Of a DNA stretch of 64,000 nt, positions 44,933 through 56,979 are shown piece by piece (position 1 is the first letter of the stretch; each line of letters begins with the position of its first letter). Under the pieces are notes generated by a model that saw only the letters and a list, made by a program, of their open reading frames with translations, was not told the origin of the DNA and did no database searches. The translations under genes were made by a program, and so were the position numbers. Source of the DNA: Monocercomonoides exilis PA203 (lineage: Eukaryota; Protista; Preaxostyla); assembly GCA_001643675.2 (NCBI GenBank), contig LSRY02000001.1, forward strand, positions 434,001-498,000. The letters run 5' to 3'.

Positions 44933-45331
44933 GGTATAATTCAAGTGTACAGGTACCAATTGATCCGACCCAGTATTATTTTCCAAGGGTTATTTTTGAT
45001 TTGGTTTTTTCTATTGATTGCAGTTTTAGGGTTAGGGTTAGCACTCGAAAATACTTGCTAGGGTTTTATTCAGCTATAGGGTTTGGGCGGAGTACTTCTT
45101 TTTAGGTTTTTGTCCAAAAATTTTAGGTTTTTCTTTACAAAATTTTTTTTGGTTAGGGTTGGCAATAAAAGAAATATTTAAAATAGAACCCCATGGGGGT
45201 GCGATAATGGTCTAGTGGTTGGTTGATGTCCGACCATTGTGCTAGGGTCTGGGTTCAATTCCCACTAGACCCTATTTATTTTTTGCTAATTTTCATATTG
45301 AATTTTGGTACCAGCTCTCTTGAATCTTACC
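44933..45331 (+). mobile_element. 399-bp non-autonomous DNA transposon (Merlin-type ends) carrying TTAGGG seeds and a tRNA-like unit
   Basis: Perfect 8-bp TSD AACAATTC (44925-44932 and 45332-45339). Imperfect ~28-bp TIR: ggtataattcaagtgtacaggtacc vs rc ggtaagattcaagagagctggtacc. Interrupts a coding exon. Confidence 0.9.
45195..45284 (+). ncRNA. tRNA-derived Pol III-like unit inside the MITE
   Basis: A box TGGTCTAGTGG 45208-45218, B box GGTTCAATTCC 45252-45262, T6 at 45279-45284. Acceptor and anticodon stems are not canonical. Confidence 0.55.
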
Positions 45332-46496
45332 AACAATTCTACCAATTAGCTCAACAAATTCTTCACTCCACGATGTGCAAAAGCATAAGTGATCATAAAT
45401 CGCATTGAGCCATCTCTCGATAAATAGCAATTCTTTCGCTTCTTTTTCTCCATCTCCCACTTTTTTTCTCTTCCAATCCACACTTTTTGCAAGCTCTTCT
45501 AATTCTTTTCTTTCTTCTCTCACAAAATGCGTTGCATCCACAATCATTCCTTCCAAGCTATCGTCTTTTAATATTCTATAAATCAAAAGCCGCCAAGCAG
45601 ATTGATAGGCAAGATAAGTGAGATTTCTGTGCACCTGATGATATTGGATAATCTCTTTGATTTCATTCAGATATTGTTCATGGATAAACTGACAAAAAAA
45701 AATGGTGAATAAAATTTTGGAAAACAATAATGAAATTTAAATGCTCATACGTGACACGCACCAATACGACTCAACGCCAGCAAAGCTATTTCCACTTCCT
45801 TTTTTGCTTCTTTGCTATCCTCTTTGTCCGATGCAGCACTCAGAAGGCAAGGAATGCAAATTGAAAGAAATTCAGATGAGAATTCATCTTCAAGCGTTAG
45901 ATAGCATTCGCAAAGATCAATCAAAAGTCTTTCGTTCTTTTCTTCTTTTTTCTTTTCATTTTCATCAATGATCATCTTCTCAATTTGATTGCGCAGCAAA
46001 GAGAAGGAAACATCATCATACCACAAGTTTGCCAGTTCTTTGTTATAACCAATGAGTTTCAATAACAATACTGCTTTTTCCAATGACAATATCCTTTCTT
46101 TAATCATTTGGTGTAGTTTATTGAACAATTCTTCGATGAAAATTGATCTAATTTCTCTTTTATCCATCTCTTCCATTATTTCATTCATTTCTTCGATTTT
46201 CTGCTTTTGTTCTTTCTCATCGCACTTTTCGAGTTCGTTCAGCAATTCTTCAAAAGGCATTCATAAAATAAAAATTTGTTCAGAATTGTTCAATCCAAAT
46301 AAATGAGCAAACTCCAAAACTTCTCGATTTGGGTCATACCCAGAAATCCGTCTTCAGTCTTATCATCATTTGACAAACTCATTCTGCTTGTTGCAAAAAA
46401 TATTCAAAAAGAGGGACAAATCTCGTCGAGCAACAAAATGAAAGACAAATACATATATCATTGTTGATGTTGCAAAATAAAAACGATCGCAATATA

Positions 46497-48563
46497 GGGT
46501 CAGTTATTAATCGGTACCTTTTTTTTTTAACGGTACCGAAATTTTTAAATAGAAAATTAAAATTCCCACTTTTTATATATTTATAAACATTATCAGTATA
46601 TAAGCAAACCCTGAAAATTAGGATAATTACATTTGAATACGAAGCCTATTTCCAATGGGAAGGAGATGTGGGGTTTATTCCCTTCCATCGAAAAAAATAA
46701 TTAAATAGGTGGGTAACAAGGGGTGTGAAACCGTTTTAATTCGTATTGAATGAAAATAAAAATTAAATTTCAATGAAAATAGAAAATTTAAATTAAAATT
46801 GAAATTTATAAATTAATAAATTGGACTTCAGATCATTACCATAATAAAAAAATGAAAATTGCTGTGGAACAAAAGAGAATTGCTGGACAAAGGAAATTAC
46901 GTGGTGCGATGATATCTTTCGATTACAGAATGACAGACAATCAGCTGGAACGGATGGCGCGCATTGTGGTTGATGGAGTTATCAGGATTACAGACGCTAT
47001 AAACTCCATGGAATTCTCATACAAAAGGATTAAAAATGCTGTTCGGGAACTGAGAAGCAAAAGGCTGGTTTTAAAAGTTGGAAGACAGTGATTTGTGATA
47101 GGAGACAAAGAACAAATTGTGCTGGATGAAATTATCATTGAATCAAGATCTGGAAGCTGTTTGCCTATACGGAAAGTTCGCGAACTGGTTTGTTGTTGTT
47201 AAATAATTAATAATTCTAATAAATATATTATATGGAAAATGTGATAAATGATACAGACGACGAAGAAGCCCCATACGTTAACGTTTCAATGGCTACGGCT
47301 TACCAATTTGTGAAGCGCCATCCAGAGCTGAAGAGAAGTTCGCCGAAAAATGTTGATGTTAATCGCCTTGCGGTGTCGTGCCAGAGTGTTCTGCAGCCCT
47401 GGTATTCATCACTGGACGGCTTACATGAAAAAATTGAATACTGCAAAGAACTTATATTCAACATGGATGAATCTTCACTAAGAGTCCCTTCCAATTCAAA
47501 GCTGAGCGTGGTTCATCCAAAAAATGAAAATCCAGTATTTCGCAAACCACAGAAAATGGCGAATTCTACTCTGGTCGCTGCTGTAGCTGCTGATGGATTT
47601 GCACTTCTTTCTGCGATTCTATGGCCTAGCTAAAGTTTTCCTGATGAAATGATGCCGCTGTTATCACAAACTCTGGATATCTGGCCGAACGGAAGTGGTT
47701 GGATGGGCCGCAATCAATTCAAAAAGGACGCACTTTCAATACTCCTTCAAGGAATTATCGATCGCAGAAAGCGCATGTTACTGGAAAACTCTCGCTGCTT
47801 GCTTCTCATCGACTCACACATTTCTCGCGCAGATCCAACAATCTGGAGAGAATTTCAAAAAGAAAATATCGACGTCGTCACCTTCATTCCTCACAGCACA
47901 CATATCGCACAGCCTCTTGACAGAGGAGTCTTTGTTGTTCTCAAAACAAAACTGCAAACAAAATATGATCTTTTATCTTCTTTAACATCTTCATCAAAAA
48001 TAACAGCTCTTGTGGATGTTCTCCCTCAAGCAATTCATTCCGCCCTCTCACCTGCTGTCATTAAAAAAGCATTCGCAACGAGTGGAGTTCTTCACAACGA
48101 ATCTGGGCCGATTCTTATGAAGCTGCCAGAAACATCGGAATATCAACCTTCATCACATTCAAATAGATTCGACTTCTATGGCAAGATAATTACTGATGAG
48201 AAGCTTCTGAATGATTGGAGTGAACATTTGGGAATTACAGAAGAAGAAAAAGTTGAAAAAGAAGATAAAGTTGATGATGAAAAGAATTCTTCTGAAGAAA
48301 TGAAAAAAGAAAAGCAAAAAGACGATAATGAGTTAGAGTCTTCGGTTGAAATGAAAAAAATAAAGAGAAAATTTAAAGTGAAAGATGATGATCATGAAAA
48401 TGAAAAGGAAGAAATCAATGTAATTGAAAGAAAAAAAGGAAAAAGAAAAGTTATACGAAAATTGGATTCGTCATTTGTGTTTTTTTTAATTTTAATTTAA
48501 TTTTTTTTCATATCAAAAAAAAGGTCCCAATAAAAAAAAAGGGTCCCGATAAATAACTGACCC
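46497..48563 (+). mobile_element. pogo/Fot1-like (Tc1/mariner-related) DNA transposon, 2,067 bp
   Basis: TIRs gggtcagttattaatcggtacc... vs rc gggtcagttatttatcgggacc..., TA on both flanks, and an internal transposase. Confidence 0.9.
46852..48500 (+). pseudogene. DDE_1/CENP-B-like DD35D transposase with premature stops
   Basis: IFNMDES, LLLIDSH and PHSTHIAQPLD, with 35 residues between the 2nd and 3rd Asp. In-frame TGA at 47089 and TAA at 47631. AT-rich intron-like stretch at ~47188-47235. Confidence 0.85.
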
Positions 48564-50739
48564 TATTCTGTAAAATTTTCGCTTTTTAAAAAGAAATGCA
48601 AAAGAATGTGCAAAAAAACCAAAAGGATTGACAGTTTGAAGCCAGAATTGGAAATCTTTTTTTTTGATCTTGCTAGCAGATTATTTGAAGAAAGATATTT
48701 TTTCTTTCTTCTTTTTTAACTTTAATATTCTTTTTTATTCATTGAAATAAATTGTTGATACAAAAGTGGTATTTGAGGAAAGAGAATGAAAACAACAGAT
48801 ATTATTCACAAAAGAAAAGTCTTTTTCGGAAGTTGAAAAACAATATTCAATTGAAAATAATGAAAACAAATAATTGCATGCTCAATGAATTCTATTTGAT
48901 TATTTTCTTGTTTTTCAATTTTCAGCTTTCACTCAAGATGATTCATTATTTTATTGAAAGGTAAAAAGAACAAAAATCAAAAATGAATTGACAATTCGAA
49001 GCTAAAATCAGTCAAACAGCAGAAGGAAATGGAAGAATAATTTTTCAGCGAAATGACTAAATTTTGAAAATTCTTGAAGGTCCATTTCAAACTTCAAAGA
49101 TGGCAGGACAAATGATTGATGAAGCGGCTGCAATGAATGAGAGCGATGTTTTTCTTTTGTTTTCATCAAATGCTTGAACACCAAAAAGCAATTTGTCTTT
49201 TATTGAATGGAGATCAGATGGGGAATGTCGCAAAGGCAGCTGTTCCATAAGAAGCATCCAGGAAGCACAACAATTCAACAATATCTTTGATTGTTTATCA
49301 AGAACAAAATCGAAATGAATCAGAGAATTCTTCTGCTGCATCAAATGAATGAAGAGAGCGGAAGAGAATTCGGATTCATTGTCCGAATACTTCCTTTTGC
49401 ACACATTTTTCTCTTTTTGGAGCAAACCAGAAGTTCTTCGCTGAACTTCGATGGTTGCCACATCTTATCTCAATTGCGGATGATAATGAATGGAAATTTC
49501 TTTTTGAATGTCTTTTCAACACTGCCTTTTTCTCTTTTTCCTCAGCAAATAGCACATTCAGTGAAAGAAGAAACACCTGCCTTTTCACTCATTTCTCATC
49601 TGACACTCTCAGGATGTTTCATCTTCTTCATTGGCTTCTCTGCAAAGAACATCTCTTGTCAAATCATCCTCTTTTGTTGTTGCTGAACATGCTGAAAAGA
49701 CACGATAAACAACAACAGCAACTTCAATGGTGATTGAAAGAAAGTTGGGCATGCTTTGGGTGAAGCAAAAGAAAGAAGTCTTTTATGATGAGTTTCTTGA
49801 ATTCTGTTTGAATTGATGATGATTCAATGAAGGATGTCTCCTCATCATCAACTTCTCTCTTTTTCTTCCTCTCCTTACAAATAATCTTCCTCATTGCTTC
49901 TTCTTTCTTCACTTGCATTTCTTGAAACCAATTGGCCGATTTGTTTTCAGGATTCTGTTGCCTTCCTCGTTGGATGTTTCAAAAAAGGAGAAGAAGAAGT
50001 TAAAGAAAAAGAAGAACCTTTCGAAGCAATTGTTGTAAATGAAGAAGGAGTAAATAATTTGAATTTCATTTGTTTTCATTGTTCGATTTGAACGAAGGAG
50101 AAGAAACAAAAGAGGATTTCCTTTGCCTTTCTTCTTCTTCTTCAATGTTTTCTTTAATCAAAAGGATAAAATTTCAATTGAAGATTTTGAAAAGAATAGA
50201 ATCGCTCTCTAAAATTTCAGAGGAAGAAGAGGATATTTTAATTGAAATCTTTAGGCTTTGTTTGATGAAGACAGTGATGCAAAAGAGGAGAAAGCAAATG
50301 TTGATGTTGAAGCTAATGTCGATCTGTCTTAATGAAGTGTTTATTTGACTTTTTTCAAATCAATTCCTTCATTCAAAATATTTTCTCAGTTTTTCTCCCT
50401 CTGTCCGACTCGTTTCTCCTTGATCAAAGTTTCTCTCTTTCCCTTTCTCTCTTTCTCTTTGTTCCATTCCAAAAAACCATCTTCATTCATTCAACATCCC
50501 ATTATCTTTTCTTCAAATTAAGCATTCCACATTGTTCATCTCGTCACCAAATTCGTCTTTCCTCTTCCAAATGAGCAATCACACATTCAACATCCAACAT
50601 CACATCCATTTTGTGTGCTCCTGAGACAGAGTTTTGTTCCATTTTGTCTGAAATATGGTCATCATCTGTTGTTGATCATGACTCACCCATGGCTAAGTTC
50701 TGTTGATTTAGAACTTTCTTTCTTTGAGGATGATCAGAT

Positions 50740-51750
50740 GTAATGAATGAAGCTGCTTCTTCGAAGAAACAAGAAACATCATTGAAAATGGTTGTGCGTT
50801 TTCTGATCATGTGTAAACTGTTTTGACTGATGAAGTGCATCAATTGCTAAGTTGAACAGAAGGTAAGTGGGCAGATAACAACCGGTAAAAAAATTCGATT
50901 TACATGTTTTTATATATATAGACTATTACTAATGAATCCAGTTATGATATTTCTCAAGTGATTTTCGAATTACAGTGATTCAAAGCTGAGAAAACCTATT
51001 TTTTTAAATCCAACAGGAATTTTAGTTTTGAAAGCTTCCCCACTTTAAATAAAAAACCCTAATCAGTTAAATAAACAAAAGTTTTCGTTAAATATAACCC
51101 TAATAAGCACATTGACAAGGGATAAACCATCTTTTTCTAAATGAAAACCTAGAAGAAATATTCTCTCTTTTTTATCTTAGGTGTTTGATCATTAATTTTT
51201 GATAAAAATTGCTTTTTAATCACAAAAAATATTCAGTTTTTTAACGAATATTTCTCCTTTATGTGAATTATTTCATCAGTGAATTAGGTTTTTAAATGTC
51301 AATAGTTCTTCTTATAGACAATTTTTATTCCGGTCGCTATGTACTCTCTTACCGAACAGAAATGCGGAAGAAGAAGATGTTTGCAACAAATGAAATGAAA
51401 TGAATCAGATGAACTCTTGAGAGGAAGATGATGATAATGGTGAAGAATACTCATTTCGATAAGACAATTTAGCATTTTGTAACTTTAAAAGTCGAAGTTA
51501 CAATCAGAGAAAGAACGGAAAATATTGAAGATAGGAAAGCTATCTTTCTTTTCGGAAAGCTCTTTATTTATTGAAGAATTGCATTCTTTTTTGTTTGTGA
51601 AAAAAAGCTTTTTTTTTCCAAAAGATAAAAATAATTTTCTCCCACTTTGCTTGAAAAATATCGTTATTGCTGCAAGCAATCGATCAACTGGAATCAATTT
51701 ATTTCTTCAAGAAATGAAATTATTTGTTATATATCTCAATAATTAAATAA
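50740..51750 (-). pseudogene. Degraded gene fragment, paralogous to 56980-57640, interrupted by the MITE
   Basis: 51430-51560 aligns by eye with 57170-57300, and both share gaagaaacaagaaa upstream. No intact ORF; strand and identity are tentative. Confidence 0.35.
50862..51353. mobile_element. 492-bp MITE with GGTAAG termini and an 8-bp TSD
   Basis: TSD GAACAGAA (50854-50861 and 51354-51361). TIR ggtaagtgggcagataacaaccggtaaaaaaatt vs rc ggtaagagagtacatagcgaccggaataaaaatt. Internal AACCCTAA motifs. Confidence 0.88.
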
Positions 51751-52065
51751 TTTTGCTTCAAATGGTAAAAATTGAGAATTCAACAAATTATTAAAATAAA
51801 TGTAAGAAATTTGTAGTTAAACTGGGAAATGAAGATTAAAATGCTATTTTATGAAATAAAGTTTACACATAAAAACGATTATTTCGAAAAAGAAAAAAAA
51901 AGTTGTCTAATGCAAATTTTTTAACAAAATGCTCGGAAAAATTTGAAGAAGTAATATGCATTACGGCCACTTGATTTTAAAGTTTTTTCGAAGAAATGCA
52001 AGTAAATTTTTTATTTCAAAAAATTATGGATTTTTAATTTTTATTAAGGTTCAAAAAATACTTAA

Positions 52066-55000
52066 ATGATTTTAAACACATTATCGTTGTTCATTTTGCT
52101 TGACTGTTTACTTCCACGTTTCTTTTCTTTTTCTGAACAACGCTTTGGTGCAAATTGGACAGCAGTTGATTCTGTACCAACAGAAATATTCATTTCCGAA
52201 AAAGGTGAGGATTCTACTGACGATTGTGGAACGGAAACACATCCTTGCAAAACAATTGGAAAAGGAATGGAGCTGATAGAAAAGGGGCTTGAAGAAGAAA
52301 CTTTGAAGATTGTTGATTCTGCTACCATTCCTTATGGATTTTTGTTTTCCAAAGATTTCAAATTAACATTAACAACAGCGTCAAAACAAGGAAAAAGAAG
52401 AAATATTACATTTGACTTGAACGAGTTGACAACAAAAGGGAAGTTCCACCTGACAAATGAGAAAACCTTGAATATGGAACATTTGAACTTTAATTTTTTG
52501 ATTTTTGAAACAAAACAGTATTTGCCTAAAGATACCGATGAAGAGTCTGCTGTTGTTCTTTCGAAAGATGTTAATGCGGATCTAACATTAAGGGATTGCA
52601 GCATTATAATTAATGAGTGGATCGATGATTACACCACATTTTCTATCTTGAGAATTACCGATGGGAAAGTATTGATTGACGAGCTTGAATTCTTGTCGGA
52701 CAATTATTTTCTTTCAAAAGCAAACTTACTGCATATTTCTGAGAATGTTGAGCTGTCAAAACTGAATGGATTAACCATTTGGAAAATGAAGTTGGATAAA
52801 GAATGTGCACTGAAACTTCCATCTTCATTCGCATTGGAAAGAAGCGAAATAAAAAATATTGAACGGACTTCAGACGGGCCCGCTTTGCTTGAGGCTTGCA
52901 GTCGTGCAAAAGAGAAAGTAATGATTACTATTTCGAAGAGTTTATTTTATTCAGTGAAATCGTTAGAGTCAGAAAAAGGAAGTTGCTTCTATTTTGAGAT
53001 GCTGCATCCAGAAAGTATTCTGAATATTTTTGACACGGTAATCAGCTATGGAAAGGCAACCAAAGGGGGAGGCATGATGATTGGTGCGACAAAAGGAAAA
53101 GTGTTTTTAGAAAGTGTGGTATTTCTCAGATGTTGGGCATCAGAAGAAGGAGGAGGACTGCTGATCATTGACTTATCACAGATGGTAGGATTTGAATGCA
53201 CAAACGTATCATTTGAAGAATGTCAAGCAAAGAAGAGCGGCGGAGTCCAAGTAATTTTTGGAGACGAAGAGATCAAAGGAGATGCTATCTTATTTAAGAA
53301 CTGCCTTTTTATTAACAATGAAGCAGACATTGGAGGGAAAGACATGACTATTTGTTGTGAAGGAAACGCAGATGCGAACAAAGCGCCTTTTGACGAAAAG
53401 TGTTTTAGCACGACAACGAAGAATCGGGTATGTGTAATGAAAAAGGAAGGATCAGAGATATTTCACGATGAATGGCTAAGAGAAGATTCATTGGAATTGA
53501 ATGTGGATGCAGAAAATGGAGTGGACAGCGCTGAATGCGGAAAACCAGAAAAGGCTCCGTGTAAAATGCTGAAGCAAGCGATTGTTAACAGCCTCCCAGG
53601 AAAACCATTTTCAATCTTCACCACAGAAAAGTGTAATAAATATGACACTGAACCAATAGCAATTGAAGACCATCATATTGAGATCAGAGGTAAAGGCCAT
53701 TGTGCTATTTCACTCACAACTGTGTTGGATGAAACGAAAGCTCAGCAAGGCGAAGGATTATTCAACTTAAAGCAAGGAGGGTACCTGGAATTGCGCGGTG
53801 CGGAAATCAAAGTGGACACAACAAGAAAAAGTGGTCGAGACAATGGACTGTTTGTCTGCGATGGAGAAGATGCAAAATTACTTATTTATTACGATAATGT
53901 GACTTCAACTGATTCTAACCAATCTCTGAACTGCGTCTTAATAGAATGCAAGTATGGAGCGCTTGATATTTCTCAATCAATCTTCGAACATTTCTCTTCT
54001 GCATTCGCGTTAATACTTGCAGTCAGTTCAAAAGATATTAATATATATCAAATCGTTCTCGATTCAATTTCAACTACAAGCGATACCCAATCTGTCTTCA
54101 CCGTTTTAAGCGGATGTCAAAAAATAAGTTGTTCAAAAGGATATTTTTCGAATTGCAACTCAATTGAACATAAAATTGGTGGGGCACTATATGTGGAAAT
54201 TGGAGACTGCAAAAGTGACAAGTCTTTTTCCGATCTGAACTTCACAAACTGCACATGCAAAAGTGAACAAGCAAGTGCGAACAAAAGGAATTTTTCTTCA
54301 AATGAAGAATCAAAAGGTGGTGCAATATTCATTCGATCTACTGACAGTGCAATTGAGCAGCTTTCCATCAAATTTGAACTGGTTTCATTCACAAACTGCA
54401 GCGCAGACAAAGGACAATACATTTTCATTTCGGTACCAATTGGGAGGGAGCAGATTGGCGATGACATGTTCCTGTTTGAGATGCGCGAAATTTACGGCAA
54501 GGAGAATTTAATACTTCTGGAAGAACGAAATAATGGGGAAATAAAAATTATTGATCTCTTGAGCGATGAAACAAACAAGCTTTCATACCATTCACATCAT
54601 ATCTTTGTTGGAGGAAATAAAGTTAGCAACGAAAGAACATGTGGAAGAAAGGAAGAGCCCTGCGATTCGTACAGGACAGCTGTTCTTCACTTGACGAAAG
54701 AAGTATATGCTGAATTCCTTACCATTGGAAGAGTTTCTATTGAAAGACCACTTTTGCTGGAACATCCTTCTGTATTTTCATCTGTTCCTGATGATTACTC
54801 TTCTTTAACTTTTTCTGCAAAATATGATCGTGGAATTCTTCAGATTGGAACGAAAATGAACGCTGGAAAATTCAAAGCAGTCTTTGAGCCTCGGTCCTAT
54901 CTTTGTTTGCTTTTCATTGACATTGAATATCCTGATGCAGTTGAAGGAGATGCACTTGATATTATTTACACAAAAAATGAATTGAAAATATTTGATGCTG

Positions 55001-56121
55001 TTTTCAGACCCTGGTTCACTGGGCTAAAAGGAGAAAATGTGTTAGGCGGAGACGGAAAGATGCTTCCATATAAACTTATTGTGAATGATCTTGGTACAAA
55101 TGACGTGTCCCAGCTGGCAATTTATGGCAGAAATAGTAATGTGAGTAATGAAAATCAACACAGAAATGATCTCAGCATCAAAACAAAGAAATTAAGCAGT
55201 TACATGATTGGTGGATTAGAAACAAAAGCAGAAGCAGATAATAAAGAAATTGAAGAAGAAAATTCTTTGTGCAAATGGAATTCGGGACTTGTTTATCTTC
55301 AAAATTCGATATCTTCGGGTTTCCATGACAGTTCATTCAAAGACATTAGTGAGGGTGCTTTATTATTAGAGGACTCAAAAGTCTACTTGGAAAATTGCAG
55401 CTTTATGGGCAATCATCCAATTGATGAAGGTTGGGAAAAATATCTGTCTTTACGGCACAATATTCAACTGACAGAAAATTGTGACCTATTTCAAATGTCC
55501 ATAGGTTCGTTAGCTTTTGGTAGCGATGGATTGGATGGAAAGCCATTTGGTATGCTTTCAAATGTTCTTGTGAATGGAAAGACAGCTAAAAACATGGATT
55601 CGTATTTTTTCACTCCTGTTTTGAAAAATGCAACAATGATTAAAAAGGCCAAGGGCAAAGTCGAGGAAGGAAAAGGCAGAATAATCGAATCAGATGAAGT
55701 AGCACAAGCTGTGATTCATGGGTCTTATCTGTTTCCATGTGGACTTACAGTTGAAGCATCACAGAAAAAGGCAGGACAAGAATTGAACTGGGTAAATTGT
55801 CCTGTGGTTGAATATGTTAGCGAGACGGAAATGAAGGTGAACATTCCCCAGTTACTGCTGGACAGAGATGATTATACATCAGTTATCTATCGTGTTTCAT
55901 ATCCGTGTGGTGTAATTGGCGGAGAAGTGAAACATTCAGAAAGTTCGATATTAATAAATCAGAAGAAAAATATATCAGAGTCGACATCCGTCATTATATA
56001 TATAGTTATTATTATTTCATCTGTATTTGCTGTGTTTTTCATTGCGATTGCGACTTTTATTTGCACTTTGTCGCGTAGAAAAAGGAGAGAATATAAGAAG
56101 ATCGAAGATCTGGAAAAGTGA
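52066..56121 (+). CDS. Cys-rich beta-helix Pmp-like type-I surface protein (1,351 aa)
   Basis: Intronless, hydrophobic N-terminus, three CG...PC modules, GGAI/GGAL motifs, the same membrane-proximal domain as the two larger paralogues (C-x-W-[NS], S-x-R-x-NI, GSDG, F-x-P-x-L, G-x-x-L-x-PC), then a TM segment and basic tail. Confidence 0.9.
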   Translation: MILNTLSLFILLDCLLPRFFSFSEQRFGANWTAVDSVPTEIFISEKGEDSTDDCGTETHPCKTIGKGMELIEKGLEEETLKIVDSATIPYGFLFSKDFKLTLTTASKQGKRRNITFDLNELTTKGKFHLTNEKTLNMEHLNFNFLIFETKQYLPKDTDEESAVVLSKDVNADLTLRDCSIIINEWIDDYTTFSILRITDGKVLIDELEFLSDNYFLSKANLLHISENVELSKLNGLTIWKMKLDKECALKLPSSFALERSEIKNIERTSDGPALLEACSRAKEKVMITISKSLFYSVKSLESEKGSCFYFEMLHPESILNIFDTVISYGKATKGGGMMIGATKGKVFLESVVFLRCWASEEGGGLLIIDLSQMVGFECTNVSFEECQAKKSGGVQVIFGDEEIKGDAILFKNCLFINNEADIGGKDMTICCEGNADANKAPFDEKCFSTTTKNRVCVMKKEGSEIFHDEWLREDSLELNVDAENGVDSAECGKPEKAPCKMLKQAIVNSLPGKPFSIFTTEKCNKYDTEPIAIEDHHIEIRGKGHCAISLTTVLDETKAQQGEGLFNLKQGGYLELRGAEIKVDTTRKSGRDNGLFVCDGEDAKLLIYYDNVTSTDSNQSLNCVLIECKYGALDISQSIFEHFSSAFALILAVSSKDINIYQIVLDSISTTSDTQSVFTVLSGCQKISCSKGYFSNCNSIEHKIGGALYVEIGDCKSDKSFSDLNFTNCTCKSEQASANKRNFSSNEESKGGAIFIRSTDSAIEQLSIKFELVSFTNCSADKGQYIFISVPIGREQIGDDMFLFEMREIYGKENLILLEERNNGEIKIIDLLSDETNKLSYHSHHIFVGGNKVSNERTCGRKEEPCDSYRTAVLHLTKEVYAEFLTIGRVSIERPLLLEHPSVFSSVPDDYSSLTFSAKYDRGILQIGTKMNAGKFKAVFEPRSYLCLLFIDIEYPDAVEGDALDIIYTKNELKIFDAVFRPWFTGLKGENVLGGDGKMLPYKLIVNDLGTNDVSQLAIYGRNSNVSNENQHRNDLSIKTKKLSSYMIGGLETKAEADNKEIEEENSLCKWNSGLVYLQNSISSGFHDSSFKDISEGALLLEDSKVYLENCSFMGNHPIDEGWEKYLSLRHNIQLTENCDLFQMSIGSLAFGSDGLDGKPFGMLSNVLVNGKTAKNMDSYFFTPVLKNATMIKKAKGKVEEGKGRIIESDEVAQAVIHGSYLFPCGLTVEASQKKAGQELNWVNCPVVEYVSETEMKVNIPQLLLDRDDYTSVIYRVSYPCGVIGGEVKHSESSILINQKKNISESTSVIIYIVIIISSVFAVFFIAIATFICTLSRRKRREYKKIEDLEK

Positions 56122-56979
56122 AACAGTGAAAATGAAAAATCCATTTGTTTGGAATAATATGAACGTGAGAGACAATTTAGATGATGTGTTTTGCTAAAAA
56201 TAGATTTCTTAAATGAATTGATGTGATGAATTTGCCAAGCAATTTTAAAAATACTAAAAAAAAAAAATAGGCGCTTCCTTTTTCAAAGGAATTGGAAGAG
56301 TTTTCGTTCGATTTCCTAAATTGTAATGTATTTTTCTGTTATTTCTGTCCTGAAATTTCTTTGATAACAATATCATTTTCTGTGAAAAGATTGCAGATAA
56401 ATTGAATCTTTTCAATTTTTTCTTTTTTCTATTATTTCTTATTTTATTTTTTAAGTTCTGATCAATTTTTGTCTTTGAATATTCAGCTTTGATGAAAATA
56501 TATACAGTGATGGGGAAATGATAAATCTGTTTTTGATGTTTCCTCCTCTGTATTGCACTCATTGCAAAGGAAAGTTGCCACCCACTTTAGAGTTCTCACT
56601 TCCAAATTTTTATTCACATTCTAATTGTTTTCCTCCTTTTATTTTTAATTGAATTATAATTTCAATATTGTTGTTTAATGTTGCAACGTTAAAAACTTTC
56701 TCGACAGAGTGTTTATGAAATTTTCTGTGCAGCTCATTCTTTTGTATTTTTTTTTATTTTTTGATGTATTTTTCATCGATTATCTTTAATAAACTTTTGA
56801 GTCATTTTTAATTCCATTAAACTTGAAGATAATAGTGAAATTGAACAAATGATAACATCTCTATCTTCTTATGATATCAAGCAAATATTTGATTGCACTA
56901 GTGGACGAATAACAATCTTTATAACTTTTTTTACATTTGTTTATAACTTCTGAAAGAATAATGTGATTCTAAAGATTGT

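Larger units (their letters stand above)
44526..46260 (-). pseudogene. Helical/ARM-like family copy 3, disrupted by a MITE insertion
   Basis: ORFs 46260-45745, 45727-45293 and 44921-44526. Intron 45750-45689. Removing 44933-45331 plus one TSD restores ...LIGRIVQVFRASRD.... Confidence 0.88.

Noticed and set aside
43664-45160. True telomere or chromosome end
   Set aside because: Only 1-3 consecutive TTAGGG units, internal and embedded in repeats.
45195-45275. Functional tRNA gene
   Set aside because: Acceptor and anticodon stems do not pair canonically, and the sequence lies inside a MITE.
48600-50740. Short ORFs with coding-like purine/pyrimidine patches
   Set aside because: Fragmented, with no recognisable motif; probably decayed genes, but not supportable.
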